Below, piece by piece: positions 20,775 to 30,954 of a DNA stretch of 64,000 nt. The stretch is from Nitrospirota bacterium (GTDB lineage: Bacteria; Nitrospirota; UBA9217). The position numbers and the translations under genes are program-made. The DNA lies in NCBI GenBank assembly GCA_963754875.1, contig CAVWHO010000016.1, positions 96,001-160,000 of the forward strand, in the 5' to 3' direction. How positions within the stretch are numbered: position 1 is the first letter of the stretch; the number at the start of each line of letters is the position of its first letter. The notes under the pieces were generated by a model, which saw nothing but the letters and a program-made list of their open reading frames with translations, was not told the DNA's origin and ran no database searches.

Positions 20775-20835
20775 GGTCTTACTCTACACGACTTGCATCA
20801 CTACGGCTATGATCTACATCATACCTTCCGTGAGC

Positions 20836-21642
20836 TTAATTCTTGACCGTCTCTTTTACGGCATCGATGATCTCGATTTTAAAATTATAGGGAATGATTG
20901 CCCGGTCTACTTCAACCGGAATAAAAAGATTGAACGACTTTCCCTTCAGACCCGCTGCAACATCACTGTCGAGCGGGAACAGCGGGTGAATGTCGTATCC
21001 CCTTCTTTGCTGGGAAAGAAACACATTGGTCACCGGGATCACGGCTTCCTGTATCGAGCTCTTTGCCAGGACGATCTGATCAGGGAACGGGTTATTCCTG
21101 TCCGGGAAACGGACCGTTGAAGGCATGATCCGGTGCGTCTGGTTGTTCACATCACTGTACTCGGAACGTTCCCACAAGATCCTGACATCGCGATCGCTTC
21201 GGTTGTCGAAGCGCATGTTGAACGACTGCTCCCCGACTGTGAAAGCGATCGCAATGACCCTGTCCCGGAACCGCAGTTCATTCGATGCCACGGGGTCCGT
21301 CATCCGGAATTTCAAGCCATACTTCGCGAGATTCTGGATAATCTTCTCGAGCCTGATATTGAGCGTCTCTCCCGTTTTGACGTCCTGGAGAGGGACGACC
21401 CTCGGTTTATAATTTTCTTTCTGTACTTCGAGAATCGCTTTCGACGCAAGCGCGGGGTCGGTCGGCACGTCGGCCGTTACCGTTGCCGGTGAGCGATACG
21501 TCTGTTCCTTCAAGTCCTTACCGGAGACGACCCTGATGACCGCATCCGGCGGATCGGCAAACACTTTGAAGTTCTTCGTGACCGTGCTTGAGCAACCAGC
21601 TGCAAGGACCGCTGCAAGGGCCACCACAACATATCGTCTCAT
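20836..21642 (-). CDS. Hypothetical lipoprotein
   Basis: Lipobox LAAGC after a hydrophobic signal; GAGGAGG RBS. Confidence 0.75.
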   Translation of the reverse strand: MRRYVVVALAAVLAAGCSSTVTKNFKVFADPPDAVIRVVSGKDLKEQTYRSPATVTADVPTDPALASKAILEVQKENYKPRVVPLQDVKTGETLNIRLEKIIQNLAKYGLKFRMTDPVASNELRFRDRVIAIAFTVGEQSFNMRFDNRSDRDVRILWERSEYSDVNNQTHRIMPSTVRFPDRNNPFPDQIVLAKSSIQEAVIPVTNVFLSQQRRGYDIHPLFPLDSDVAAGLKGKSFNLFIPVEVDRAIIPYNFKIEIIDAVKETVKN

Positions 21643-21711
21643 TTATCCCTCCTCATAACACCTATGAACCATATAATAGTACCATATCCGGTCCGGGCTG
21701 TCACAAAAATC

Positions 21712-22929
21712 TCATTGCAGCACCACGTTGAACTCCAATTCCTTGTTTCCCAGCAGAAAAGGCTTCCGCATCACCTTCACCTTGATGGTTTCACCATGGT
21801 GTTTATAAAAAAGCACGATCTTGAGATCGTCAATCGTTCTGACCGGCGAGCCGTCAACGTCCAGGAGGACATCACCGGACCTGAGACCCGCCTTTCGGGA
21901 AACGCTGTCCGCGGGAAAATCCGTAATCAGGACCTTGACGCCCTCCTCCTTGAGCATGACCATCAGTTTGGGTGCAGTCACGCCCTCCTCCTCCTCGGAG
22001 AATATCAGGTAGTCGGCGATGCCCCGGTCCACATCAGCATCGTTCAGGATGGTCACATACTCATAGCCATTGCGCCGGAAAGCCCGTTTAGGAATTCCCG
22101 AGCCGTAGGCAAGGTGTCCCGATCCCGCAACCACGATCATTTGGCGCAAGGGGTTCTTCCGCAGATACTCATCAAGGGACATTGCCATGGTCTCGTCCCA
22201 GAGCACCTGTGCTTCATAAAAAAAATCGAAATTCATTTCTTCGCGGTTTTTATGCTCCGCGAAGGCTTGTTTCAACCGGTCGCGGTAGTCGTTATCGGAG
22301 AGGTCCAACTGCGAGGGGATATCCTTTTTTTCTTCGACGGAGAGGGAAGCGACGCCGCCCTTCGCCACTTTATCGATGATTTCCCTCTTCGCGTTCAAGG
22401 CAACGACCGGGATCTTCTCGGCCCGGGCGAAGTCGAGGATCGGCTTGTACAAATTGAAGTCAAAAACCCATCGCGAAAAATATTCCGTCTTCTTGAGGAA
22501 CTCCCGCTCCCCGATTGCCCCGCCGATATAGTCATCCAGCACCTGTTGGAAAGGTCGCTGAAACATCTCCATGCCGATGGCGATCCTTGGGTTCTTTTTG
22601 AACAGTCCCTTGATGACCTGCAGCTCGACGGTATGGTTGCTGAAGCGGTCGTGATATTCCCCCACGTAAACGATCTTTTTACTTGCAACCTGTTCAATGA
22701 CGCGGGAAAGCGTCTTGAGGTCCGCCATGTCGATGGCCACGGGCTCCGTTCCCTGTTCCATAGTCTTTTTCTTCTCCGATCCGGGTTTTTTTTGTGAGAT
22801 CGCTTCCTGCGAGCCAGCTGGCGAAGAGCCGGCTTCACTGGAAGACGCGATGCAATCCCTTGTCCTTGAGGACAGAAGGAGGAGAGTGGCAAAAATAACA
22901 ATCCCGATACTAACATATTGTTTTTTCAT
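21712..22929 (-). CDS. ChaN-family (heme-binding uptake) protein with C-terminal PDZ domain
   Basis: IVYVGEYHD, IGMEMF, AQVLWDETMA, VAGSGH; PDZ SRKAGLRSGDVLLDVDG. Confidence 0.85.
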   Translation of the reverse strand: MKKQYVSIGIVIFATLLLLSSRTRDCIASSSEAGSSPAGSQEAISQKKPGSEKKKTMEQGTEPVAIDMADLKTLSRVIEQVASKKIVYVGEYHDRFSNHTVELQVIKGLFKKNPRIAIGMEMFQRPFQQVLDDYIGGAIGEREFLKKTEYFSRWVFDFNLYKPILDFARAEKIPVVALNAKREIIDKVAKGGVASLSVEEKKDIPSQLDLSDNDYRDRLKQAFAEHKNREEMNFDFFYEAQVLWDETMAMSLDEYLRKNPLRQMIVVAGSGHLAYGSGIPKRAFRRNGYEYVTILNDADVDRGIADYLIFSEEEEGVTAPKLMVMLKEEGVKVLITDFPADSVSRKAGLRSGDVLLDVDGSPVRTIDDLKIVLFYKHHGETIKVKVMRKPFLLGNKELEFNVVLQ

Positions 22930-23046
22930 GTGTTCCCCGTATCCGAGATATAAAATAATGATCTCATATTACCAGAAAATGCGCAGGATGGCTATGTTTC
23001 CATCATAGGTTAATTGATATACGTGCTTTACCGTGTTACCTGAGCG

Positions 23047-23202
23047 AACTTAATGAAGTCAAAAAAGCCTAAGTTACCACGGAGTCAGCCAAGTAAACCA
23101 CTCCGGGACCAGTTTCGGCCTTGCAGGAAACTCAGAAAAAACAGAATTTTATTATCTCTGTGCCGTCGTGTATTTGGTGCCTTTTTATGAGATTATGAAT
23201 TT
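23047..23202. mobile_element. Degenerate MITE-like element
   Basis: Imperfect terminal inverted repeats AACTTAATGAAGTCAAAAAAG / CTTTTTATGAGATTATGAATTT around ~115 nt of non-coding sequence. Confidence 0.3.
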
Positions 23203-23219
23203 TAAAATGACAAATTGAC

Positions 23220-23248
23220 TTGAATTTGCTTAAATAGATATCTATAAT
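23220..23248 (+). promoter_or_regulatory. Putative sigma70 promoter of the DksA-like gene
   Basis: TTGAAT-17 nt-TATAAT. Confidence 0.6.
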
Positions 23249-23294
23249 GGTTTCTTAGTACCGACTCTGGACATCAAGAGGGGGAATTTCGAAT

Positions 23295-23879
23295 ATGGCT
23301 GCAAAAAAGAGCGCCAAGAAGAAAGCTGCCAAACAGGTCAAAAAGAAGGTGGCAAAAAAATCTACCAGAAAAGCAACAGTAAAAGCCGCAAAGAAAGCGG
23401 TCAAGAAAGTCGTTAAAAAAACTGCTCGCAAGGCGGTCTCTGCCAAAAAGGCCGCTGAACCGAAACCCATTCGAGTTTCTCCGGCCGTGCAAAAACGCCA
23501 CGAACTCCTGAAGAAAATCCTTCTGAAAAAGCGAAATGAAGTGGTAGACGGCCTGGAAACGCAGATGGGCCGCAGGCTGACGAGGGACATGGGCCAGAAG
23601 ATCGACTCGGCAATGGACAGCGCCGATCAGTCCGCGCTGGACGTTGATCAGGGCATCGACTATTCCCTGCTGGAAATGAAGTACGAACAGTACAAGGACA
23701 TCGCCGACGCCTTCCGCAAGCTCCAGAACAAAACCTTCGGCCTCTGCGAGGAATGCGGCGAAGAGATCGACATCAAGCGGCTCGAGGTGAACCCTCTCGC
23801 CAGGTACTGTATCTCCTGCAAAACGAAAAAAGAAGAAATCGAGAGGATACAGAAGGAAGAAACGAGATTCAAGGAGTAG
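23295..23879 (+). CDS. TraR/DksA C4 zinc-finger regulator with histone H1-like Lys/Ala-rich N-terminus
   Basis: DSADQS coiled-coil tip; FGLCEECGEEI..KRLEVNPLARYCISCK; first ~55 aa are K/A/V repeats. Confidence 0.88.
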   Translation: MAAKKSAKKKAAKQVKKKVAKKSTRKATVKAAKKAVKKVVKKTARKAVSAKKAAEPKPIRVSPAVQKRHELLKKILLKKRNEVVDGLETQMGRRLTRDMGQKIDSAMDSADQSALDVDQGIDYSLLEMKYEQYKDIADAFRKLQNKTFGLCEECGEEIDIKRLEVNPLARYCISCKTKKEEIERIQKEETRFKE

Positions 23880-24014
23880 GTTTTCAAACACAGCCTCACG
23901 GAGTCTTAATCCGGGTTCAAACCGTGTGCAGCCTCTGCCCCGCGTCTCTTACGAGAGACACAGAGCGGGGGAGCCGCCTGTGTTACGTAAGTTCGTGGTC
24001 AGTTACGGTTTTTC

Positions 24015-24043
24015 TTGACAAAAAGGCAGTAATCCAGTATCTT
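24015..24043 (+). promoter_or_regulatory. Putative sigma70 promoter of the tRNA-tilS operon
   Basis: TTGACA-17 nt-TATCTT, ~20 nt upstream of the tRNA. Confidence 0.6.
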
Positions 24044-24063
24044 ATGCCTCTAATTTTTCTTGG

Positions 24064-24139
24064 GGCGGTGTAGCTCAGCTGGTAGAGCAGGGGAATCATA
24101 ATCCCTGTGTCCGGGGTTCGAGTCCCTGCACCGCCACCA
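24064..24139 (+). tRNA. tRNA with CAT anticodon, most likely elongator tRNA-Met
   Basis: 76-nt cloverleaf: GGCGGTG/CACCGCC acceptor stem, GCTC/GAGC D arm, loop ATCATAA, TTCGAGT T-loop, encoded CCA. Confidence 0.95.
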
Positions 24140-24174
24140 TTTTTCCCTTCACTGAACTCATTTTCCCCTTTTCC

Positions 24175-25563
24175 ATGCTGCTCAATAAAATCAAAGACAC
24201 TATCTCGCGTTTTGTCATGCTGGAACCTGGAAACCGGGTGCTTGTAGCCGTCTCGGGTGGACCGGATTCGGTATGCCTCCTTTCTGCCCTCCACGCTCTT
24301 TCCGCGGAATTAAAAATTTCCCTGCATATCGCCCATCTCGATCATATGTTCCGGGGTAAGGAGTCGGCAGAGGAAGCGAACTTCGTCGACGACCTGGGCA
24401 GGAAGCTGGGTATCCCGTCCACCATCGAACACATCGATGTCCCCTCCTATTGCCGTGAACACGGCCTCTCCCCCCAAGTCGGGGCGCGGGAAGTGCGGTA
24501 CTCGTTCTTATCGCGGGTCGCGCTGTCGGCAGGAGCCGCTCGGGTCGCAACAGGACACACGGCCACGGACCAGGCGGAAACGTTCCTGATGCGTCTCCTT
24601 CGCGGCGCCGGGGCCGCTGGGCTTTCGGCCATTCCGCCCGTACGCAGAAACATCATCAGACCGCTTATCGAATCAACGAGAGATGATGTCCTGGAATATC
24701 TCGGGACTACCGGCCTGTCGTACGTGACCGATCCCTCGAATGCCAAGCCGCTCTACACGCGAAACAGGATCAGGCTGGAGCTTCTGCCGGTTTTGAAGCG
24801 GTTTAATCCCCGCATCGAAGAAAGACTCGCTTCAGAGGCCGGCCTGCTTCGTGACGAAGACTCGGCGATCGATGCGCACCTTGAAACTATTATGGAAAGC
24901 ATTATCACAAAAGATCACGATTTCCTCACAATGAGACGGGATGAATTCAATGCCCTGCCCCATGCCTTCCGGCGCAGGATTTTCAGAACAATCACAGCCC
25001 TGGTCGGCCGGGAACCATCGGAACTGTCCCTGGTCCAGATCGATGAGACGCTTGCTTTCATGGCCACGTCTCAGACGGGCAGGTCCATGAACCTGCCGCG
25101 CGGTCTCGCGGTTGGGCGTGAGTACGATCGGTTCATCATCGGCACGTCAAGTGCTGTACAGGACTTTTCCTATGCGCTTGCCCTTCCCGGAACCACACTG
25201 ATTCCCGAGCTCGGCCTGGCCGTGGAAACGCGGCTCACGGGAGACGGGGAAGAACATCCGGAGGGAGAAAATAATCTCTGGCAGGCCGTGTTCGATTATG
25301 ATAAAATAAGCCCGCTTTTGACTGCCAGAAACAGACGTCCGGGCGATACGTTCTGCCCTTCGGGCATGGGAGGCAAGAGCAAAAAGCTTCAGGACTATCT
25401 GGTCGACAAAAAGGTCCCGCAACGGCAGCGGGGCAGGGTTCCTCTCCTCTATGCAGGAGCAGACCTCATTTGGGTCGTGGGATACAGGACGGATTTCCGG
25501 TTCCTGCCCGGACCCGACACGACGCGGACGTTGGTCGTCAGCGTAAAACGACGACAGGTATAA
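24175..25563 (+). CDS. tilS: tRNA(Ile)-lysidine synthetase
   Basis: VAVSGGPDS PP-loop, AHLDH, TGHTATDQAET, IIRPL, DPSN..YTRNRIR, C-terminal RRPGD..KKLQD. Confidence 0.96.
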   Translation: MLLNKIKDTISRFVMLEPGNRVLVAVSGGPDSVCLLSALHALSAELKISLHIAHLDHMFRGKESAEEANFVDDLGRKLGIPSTIEHIDVPSYCREHGLSPQVGAREVRYSFLSRVALSAGAARVATGHTATDQAETFLMRLLRGAGAAGLSAIPPVRRNIIRPLIESTRDDVLEYLGTTGLSYVTDPSNAKPLYTRNRIRLELLPVLKRFNPRIEERLASEAGLLRDEDSAIDAHLETIMESIITKDHDFLTMRRDEFNALPHAFRRRIFRTITALVGREPSELSLVQIDETLAFMATSQTGRSMNLPRGLAVGREYDRFIIGTSSAVQDFSYALALPGTTLIPELGLAVETRLTGDGEEHPEGENNLWQAVFDYDKISPLLTARNRRPGDTFCPSGMGGKSKKLQDYLVDKKVPQRQRGRVPLLYAGADLIWVVGYRTDFRFLPGPDTTRTLVVSVKRRQV

Positions 25564-25651
25564 TGCAAGGTTCACAATGCACGAGAGAAGGGCGTCGTGC
25601 ATCCGGCATCAGGCTGCGCGCCGTACATTGTCATTTTTCGAGGAGGAATTC

Positions 25652-26182
25652 ATGGTAGGTATCGATTTCGGCAAACCGCTTTTTACGAGCGAAGAAATTC
25701 AACGGAAGATCCACGAACTCGGATCAAGACTCTCTGCAGATTATGCCGAGAAGGACCTGCTGGTTGTGGGCGTGCTCAAGGGCGCCATATTTTTCATGTC
25801 CGATCTGCTTCGTTCGCTGAAAATCTCCGTCCGGATGGATTTCATTCACTGCACCAGTTCCAAAGGCAGCCATCCTGTCCAGATCATCGCCGACATGAAG
25901 GAGGACATCAAGGGAAAAGACGTCCTTCTTGTAGAGGACATCATGGACTCGGGCGTCACCGTCGATTTCGTGAAGAAAATGCTGCTGGAACGCGGTCCTG
26001 CATCGCTCAAGGTCTGCGTGCTCCTGGACAAGCCCGGACGAAGGAAAGTGCAGATCGAGGCTGACTACCTCGGCTTTCGCATCCCGAACAAATATGTCGT
26101 CGGCTACGGTCTGGATTACAAGGACCGGTACCGAAATTTGCCGTACATCGCCGTACTCCCGTACGAGGAACGGCAAGCGTAA
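25652..26182 (+). CDS. hpt: Hypoxanthine phosphoribosyltransferase
   Basis: VGVLKGA, VLLVEDIMDSGVT, VVGYGLDY..YRNLP; GAGGAGG RBS before ATG 25652. Confidence 0.95.
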   Translation: MVGIDFGKPLFTSEEIQRKIHELGSRLSADYAEKDLLVVGVLKGAIFFMSDLLRSLKISVRMDFIHCTSSKGSHPVQIIADMKEDIKGKDVLLVEDIMDSGVTVDFVKKMLLERGPASLKVCVLLDKPGRRKVQIEADYLGFRIPNKYVVGYGLDYKDRYRNLPYIAVLPYEERQA

Positions 26183-26298
26183 CCCCCCCGAACGAGCCTC
26201 AAACAGGATAAATTTGTTGTCACGCTGTCTTCAATATGTTAATATAAATGAATTCCGATAGGATTGGACACCTGTCGGCTTTTCAGGAGGTTCCCTTC

Positions 26299-28095
26299 GT
26301 GAGTGCATTCTATAAAAATCTGGCACTGATACTGCTGTTCGTCGTGGTATCGGTGCTCATCTTTAATCTGTTCAACCCCGTGAGCCAGACGGCGATGCAG
26401 ATCCCCTTCAGCGACGTCATGGACAAGATCTCGAACGGTGAAGTGAACGACGTTACGATCAAGGGCGCAGAAATGTCCGGCACGTTCAAGACCGGCAAGT
26501 CCTTTAAGACGAATCTTCCCGACTATCCTGACCTGGTCAAGGATCTGCGGACCAAGGGTGTCAAGATCAACGTGGAACCGATCAAGGAATCAGGATGGTA
26601 CAACTTCCTCGTGGTATGGGCACCGCTCATCCTCATGGCGCTCTGGTTCTTGTTCATCATGCGCAACATGCAGATGGGCGGAAACAAGGCCATGTCCTTC
26701 GGCAAAAGCAAGGCCAAACTCCTGAACGAAAGCTCCAAGAAGGTGACCTTCAATGAGGTTGCCGGCATGGATGAAGCGAAGGTGGAAGTCCAGGAGATCA
26801 TCGAGATCCTGAAGGACCCGCAGAAGTTCCAGAAACTAGGCGGCAAGATCCCCAAGGGAGTGCTGCTGGTCGGCCCTCCGGGCACGGGAAAGACGCTCCT
26901 TGCGCGCGCTATTGCGGGCGAGGCGGGCGTGCCGTTCCTTTCGATCAGCGGTTCGGATTTCGTCGAGATGTTCGTGGGTGTGGGCGCATCCCGTGTCCGC
27001 GACCTCTTCGAGCAGGGCAAGAAGAATGCTCCCTGCATCATCTTTATCGACGAAATCGACGCCGTGGGCAGGCACCGCGGTGCAGGCCTCGGCGGCGGCC
27101 ACGATGAACGCGAGCAGACGTTAAACCAGCTTTTGGTCGAGATGGATGGTTTTGAAAGCAACGAAGGAGTCATCCTCGTGGCCGCAACGAACCGGCCCGA
27201 CGTGCTCGATCCGGCATTGCTCCGTCCCGGCAGGTTCGACCGCCAAGTCGTGATCCCCCGGCCCGATTTGAACGGAAGGGTCGGCGTTTTGAAGGTCCAT
27301 ACGCAGAAGATAAAGCTTGCCCCGCACGTTGATCTTGAAGCGATTGCCCGCGGCACCCCCGGGCTCTCCGGAGCAGAACTCGCGAACCTCGTGAATGAAG
27401 CAGCGCTCCTCGCCGGCAGAATGGGCAAGACACAGGTTGAAAACGACGACTTCGACCGCGCGAAGGACAAAGTCCTCATGGGCCTTGAACGGAGGTCCAT
27501 GATTATCAGCGACGAAGAAAAGAAGAACACGGCGTACCATGAGGCGGGTCATACTATGGTCGCAAGGCTCATTCCCGGCACCGACCCCGTGCACAAGGTC
27601 TCGATCATCCCGCGCGGCATGGCCTTGGGTATCACGCTCCAATTACCGACTGCTGACCGCTACTCCTATGACCGGGAACATCTCTTGAACAACATAGCAA
27701 TCCTGCTCGGCGGCAGGGCTGCGGAGGAAATCGCACTCAAGCACATGACCACCGGCGCAGGCAATGATATCGAACGCGCGACGGCGCTCGCCCGAAAAAT
27801 GGTGACCGAATGGGGCATGAGCGACAAGATGGGCCCCCTCGCCTACGGCAAGAAGGAAGAGCAGATATTCCTCGGCCGCGAGATTGCACAGCACCGCGAC
27901 TACAGCGAGCATACGGCCATTGAGATCGACGAAGAAGTCAAACGCATCGTATCGGACAACTACGAACGGGCCAAAAAATTGATCAGCGACCGCCGGGAAA
28001 CGCTCGACCAGCTTACCAAGGCACTCCTTGAGAAGGAAACACTCGACGCTTCCGAAATCGATGCCATTGTCAACGGCCAGCCCGCGGTGGCGTAG
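26299..28095 (+). CDS. ftsH: ATP-dependent zinc metalloprotease FtsH
   Basis: [48 protein letters not shown] before GTG 26299. Confidence 0.98.
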   Translation: MSAFYKNLALILLFVVVSVLIFNLFNPVSQTAMQIPFSDVMDKISNGEVNDVTIKGAEMSGTFKTGKSFKTNLPDYPDLVKDLRTKGVKINVEPIKESGWYNFLVVWAPLILMALWFLFIMRNMQMGGNKAMSFGKSKAKLLNESSKKVTFNEVAGMDEAKVEVQEIIEILKDPQKFQKLGGKIPKGVLLVGPPGTGKTLLARAIAGEAGVPFLSISGSDFVEMFVGVGASRVRDLFEQGKKNAPCIIFIDEIDAVGRHRGAGLGGGHDEREQTLNQLLVEMDGFESNEGVILVAATNRPDVLDPALLRPGRFDRQVVIPRPDLNGRVGVLKVHTQKIKLAPHVDLEAIARGTPGLSGAELANLVNEAALLAGRMGKTQVENDDFDRAKDKVLMGLERRSMIISDEEKKNTAYHEAGHTMVARLIPGTDPVHKVSIIPRGMALGITLQLPTADRYSYDREHLLNNIAILLGGRAAEEIALKHMTTGAGNDIERATALARKMVTEWGMSDKMGPLAYGKKEEQIFLGREIAQHRDYSEHTAIEIDEEVKRIVSDNYERAKKLISDRRETLDQLTKALLEKETLDASEIDAIVNGQPAVA

Positions 28096-28104
28096 GAGGC
28101 AGGC

Positions 28105-29265
28105 ATGGGGCCTGTTCTTCGGATTTCCGGCCATGAAGTGTTCTCTATAACCGTGGATGGGCTCACGTCCGGACAGGAAGCGGCCATCCGCGACGCCATT
28201 ACCGCATCAGACAACGGGGCAGGTCTTGGACTTGCCCCGTTTTTTTCTTCCTCGCAGCCTTTTTCGGAACTGGTTCTGAGCGGGACCGGGGACCGGATCA
28301 AGCGCGCCTCCCGAATGATTTCTGCCTCCGGCGGTTTTACCGCTGAACTTTCAAAAAAAATTGACTCTCTTCTTGACAACTATGCACGCTCAGATTATAA
28401 GATTGAGTGCAAGGGGAAAGTTCTCGATGTCGGCAGCCGCACCCATATCATGGGCATCCTGAACGTGACTCCTGATTCGTTCTCCGACGGAGGCCTGTTC
28501 GCTGATGTGGAAAAAGCTATTTCCCATGCATGGGAAATGGCAACAGCAGGAGCGGACATCATCGACATCGGAGGAGAATCAACCAGGCCGGGGTCGGAAC
28601 CCCTTGCCGAAGAAGAAGAACTGCGAAGGATCATCCCGCTCATTGAGCGGTTGTCAAAAGAACTGACCGTCCCCATTTCCGTCGACACTTACAAAGCATC
28701 AGTGGCAAAAAAGGCGCTCGAAGCAGGCGCCTCCATCGTAAACGACATCAGCGGCCTCCGGTTCTCGCCGGACATGGCAAGAGTGGTTGCCGAGCACGGA
28801 GCGGCCGTCATCATCATGCACATCAAAGGCACGCCGCGCAACATGCAGCAGGACCCGGTGTATGATGATGTGATCGGAGAAATCATAGCCTACCTCGACG
28901 AAGGGATCGCGATTGCCGAGCGGGCCGGTGTTGACCGGGAAAAAACGCTTATCGACCCCGGCATAGGATTCGGGAAAACACCCGAGCACAACCTCACGAT
29001 CCTGGACCGGCTCGATGAGTTCCGGGCCCTCGGCAGACCGATCGTACTCGGGACATCGAGGAAGAAGTTTATCGGCACGGTCTTGGATATTCCGGCACCC
29101 GAGCAGCGCGTCGAGGGAACAGCCGCAACCGTGGCTATCGGGATCGACCGGGGCGCGAACGTCGTACGGGTCCACGACGTGGCGCGCGTGGCGCAGGTCG
29201 TCCGGATGACCGATGCGATCGTTCGAGCAGGCATCAAACACCAAATCACCTATGAACACGAGTGA
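28105..29265 (+). CDS. folP: Dihydropteroate synthase with ~100-aa N-terminal extension
   Basis: MGILNVTPDSFSDGG, IDIGGESTRPG, DPGIGFGK, SRKKF, VRVHDV. Confidence 0.95.
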   Translation: MGPVLRISGHEVFSITVDGLTSGQEAAIRDAITASDNGAGLGLAPFFSSSQPFSELVLSGTGDRIKRASRMISASGGFTAELSKKIDSLLDNYARSDYKIECKGKVLDVGSRTHIMGILNVTPDSFSDGGLFADVEKAISHAWEMATAGADIIDIGGESTRPGSEPLAEEEELRRIIPLIERLSKELTVPISVDTYKASVAKKALEAGASIVNDISGLRFSPDMARVVAEHGAAVIIMHIKGTPRNMQQDPVYDDVIGEIIAYLDEGIAIAERAGVDREKTLIDPGIGFGKTPEHNLTILDRLDEFRALGRPIVLGTSRKKFIGTVLDIPAPEQRVEGTAATVAIGIDRGANVVRVHDVARVAQVVRMTDAIVRAGIKHQITYEHE

Positions 29266-29268
29266 AAG

Positions 29269-29388
29269 TACCCCGCAGCAGAGCTGCGGGGCATCTGGCC
29301 TTGGAACCTAAAGATACATCGAAACAAGAGGCTAATCCTGACTACGTCAGGATGTCCTTTTCATCCCAGCAGCAGAGCTGCTGGGTAT
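29269..29388. mobile_element. Small palindromic (REP/PATE-like) element with twin hairpins
   Basis: CCCCGCAGC-AGA-GCTGCGGGG (29271-29291) and CCCAGCAGC-AGA-GCTGCTGGG (29365-29385), plus central hairpin TCCTGAC-TAC-GTCAGGA. Confidence 0.6.
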
Positions 29389-29501
29389 TTCAGGACGCTT
29401 TTATAAACACAGGCAAAAACCGCACAGCTTGGAATTTAGAGATTGCCGCTTGGGATTCATTCGGGATGTGAGATTCGCAATTTGGGACTTTTCTTTGCTC
29501 A

Positions 29502-30296
29502 ATGCTCAATAATTTCACTGACATACGCGGTGCCCTTGCACACTTCCGCTGGTTCAACGATACAGTAGACATCGCGCTGGTATATTATCTTTTTTACCGG
29601 CTGCTCCTTCTCATCAAGGGCACGCGCGCATTCCAGATGCTCATCGGCATTGGTCTGATCGTACTGGTACTCGTTGCCTCCCAGACGTTCGAATTCTTCA
29701 CCCTCGACTGGCTCATTCATAGTTTCTGGTCCCAGATCGTGCTCGCTGTCGTGATCCTGTTCCAGCCCGAGATCAGAAGGACCCTCGCCCGGGTCGGCGA
29801 ACGCCCTCTGTTCCGGTCACTCTCAACGGTTGAAGGCTCCAAGTTCATCGAGGAAACGGTCAAGGCGGCCGTATCCATGGCGAACAAGCGGATTGGGGCG
29901 CTCATCGTGCTCGAACGGGACACCGATCTCACGACGATCGTAGAGATGGGCACCGATCTCGATGCCAAAGTCACCAAGGAGATCCTGGTGAGCATCTTCC
30001 TCCCCTACTCCCCGATCCACGATGGCGCCGCCATAATCAGGAACGGGAGGATCGTTGCCGCCGGCTGTTTCCTGCCGCTCACGCTTTCATCGAACCTTTC
30101 AAAGGCGCTCGGTACACGCCACCGAGCCGCGGTCGGTCTCACGGAAGAAGCGGACGCCGTGGTGGTGGTCGTATCGGAGGAAACCGGCGAAATTTCCGTG
30201 GTCAGGAACGGCGCGATCGAGCACAATACAGACGCGTCTGCGCTCAGGACGACGCTATCCAATATTTTCATCCAGAGGAAAAATAGGAAGGCATAG
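29502..30296 (+). CDS. cdaA: Diadenylate cyclase CdaA/DacA
   Basis: N-terminal TMs, ILFQPEIRR, GALIV, PIHDGA and GTRHRAA catalytic motifs, VSEETG. Confidence 0.96.
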   Translation: MLNNFTDIRGALAHFRWFNDTVDIALVYYLFYRLLLLIKGTRAFQMLIGIGLIVLVLVASQTFEFFTLDWLIHSFWSQIVLAVVILFQPEIRRTLARVGERPLFRSLSTVEGSKFIEETVKAAVSMANKRIGALIVLERDTDLTTIVEMGTDLDAKVTKEILVSIFLPYSPIHDGAAIIRNGRIVAAGCFLPLTLSSNLSKALGTRHRAAVGLTEEADAVVVVVSEETGEISVVRNGAIEHNTDASALRTTLSNIFIQRKNRKA

Positions 30297-30297
30297 C

Positions 30298-30954
30298 ATG
30301 GATGTCCGGAAACTTCTCTTCGAAAATTGGGGCATCAAACTCCTCTCGCTGGTTTTATCGGTCTCTCTTTGGTTCTATGTCACTTCAAAAGGCAAGACCG
30401 AGATGACGCTCACCGTGCCGCTCGAGCTGCGAAACATCCCGCAAAACATGGCCGTGGTCGGTAACGTGGCCGGTTCCCTCGACGTGCGTGTGCAAGGACA
30501 GGAGCGGGCGCTCCGTGACATTACGATCGGGAAAAAGGTGTATGGTTCCCTCGACCTGTCCCTGACCAAAATCGGCGAGAATGTCGTGCCAATTTCGCCC
30601 GACGATATTCGCCGGCCTTCAGGGGTGACCGTCATGCATATTTCCCAGTCAGAAGTCAAAGTGAAGCTGGAACCGCTAGTACGAAAAACCTTCCGCCTCA
30701 AGCCCATCCTCTATGGCCTTCCCGCCGCAGGCTATCGTGTCAGAAGGATTGCAGTCACTCCTCACCACATAACGGCGGAAGGCCCGGAAAGTGTTATCAA
30801 GACACTGGAAAGCCTCCAAACCATGCCGATCGACGTTCAGGGGGCAACCACGGGCTTGACCGTCGAACCCAAGATCGACTATCAGGGGAAATCAATCAAG
30901 ATCATTGATACCAATATATCTGTCCGGATAACAATCGAAAGGGCAAACAGATGA
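30298..30954 (+). CDS. cdaR: CdaR/YbbR-domain regulator of diadenylate cyclase
   Basis: [21 protein letters not shown]-terminal TM, YbbR-like beta repeats, position between cdaA and glmM. Confidence 0.88.
   Translation: MDVRKLLFENWGIKLLSLVLSVSLWFYVTSKGKTEMTLTVPLELRNIPQNMAVVGNVAGSLDVRVQGQERALRDITIGKKVYGSLDLSLTKIGENVVPISPDDIRRPSGVTVMHISQSEVKVKLEPLVRKTFRLKPILYGLPAAGYRVRRIAVTPHHITAEGPESVIKTLESLQTMPIDVQGATTGLTVEPKIDYQGKSIKIIDTNISVRITIERANR

Noticed and set aside
23300..23460. A-rich repeats as a DNA repeat array or CRISPR
   Set aside because: They encode the Lys/Ala-rich protein tail; there is no repeat-spacer periodicity here or elsewhere in the window.
24064..24139. tRNA(CAT) next to tilS as the TilS substrate tRNA-Ile2
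   Set aside because: The acceptor stem GGCGGTG has G4-C69/G5-C68 rather than the C4-G69/C5-G68 TilS determinants, and G1-C72 excludes the initiator; it fits elongator Met.
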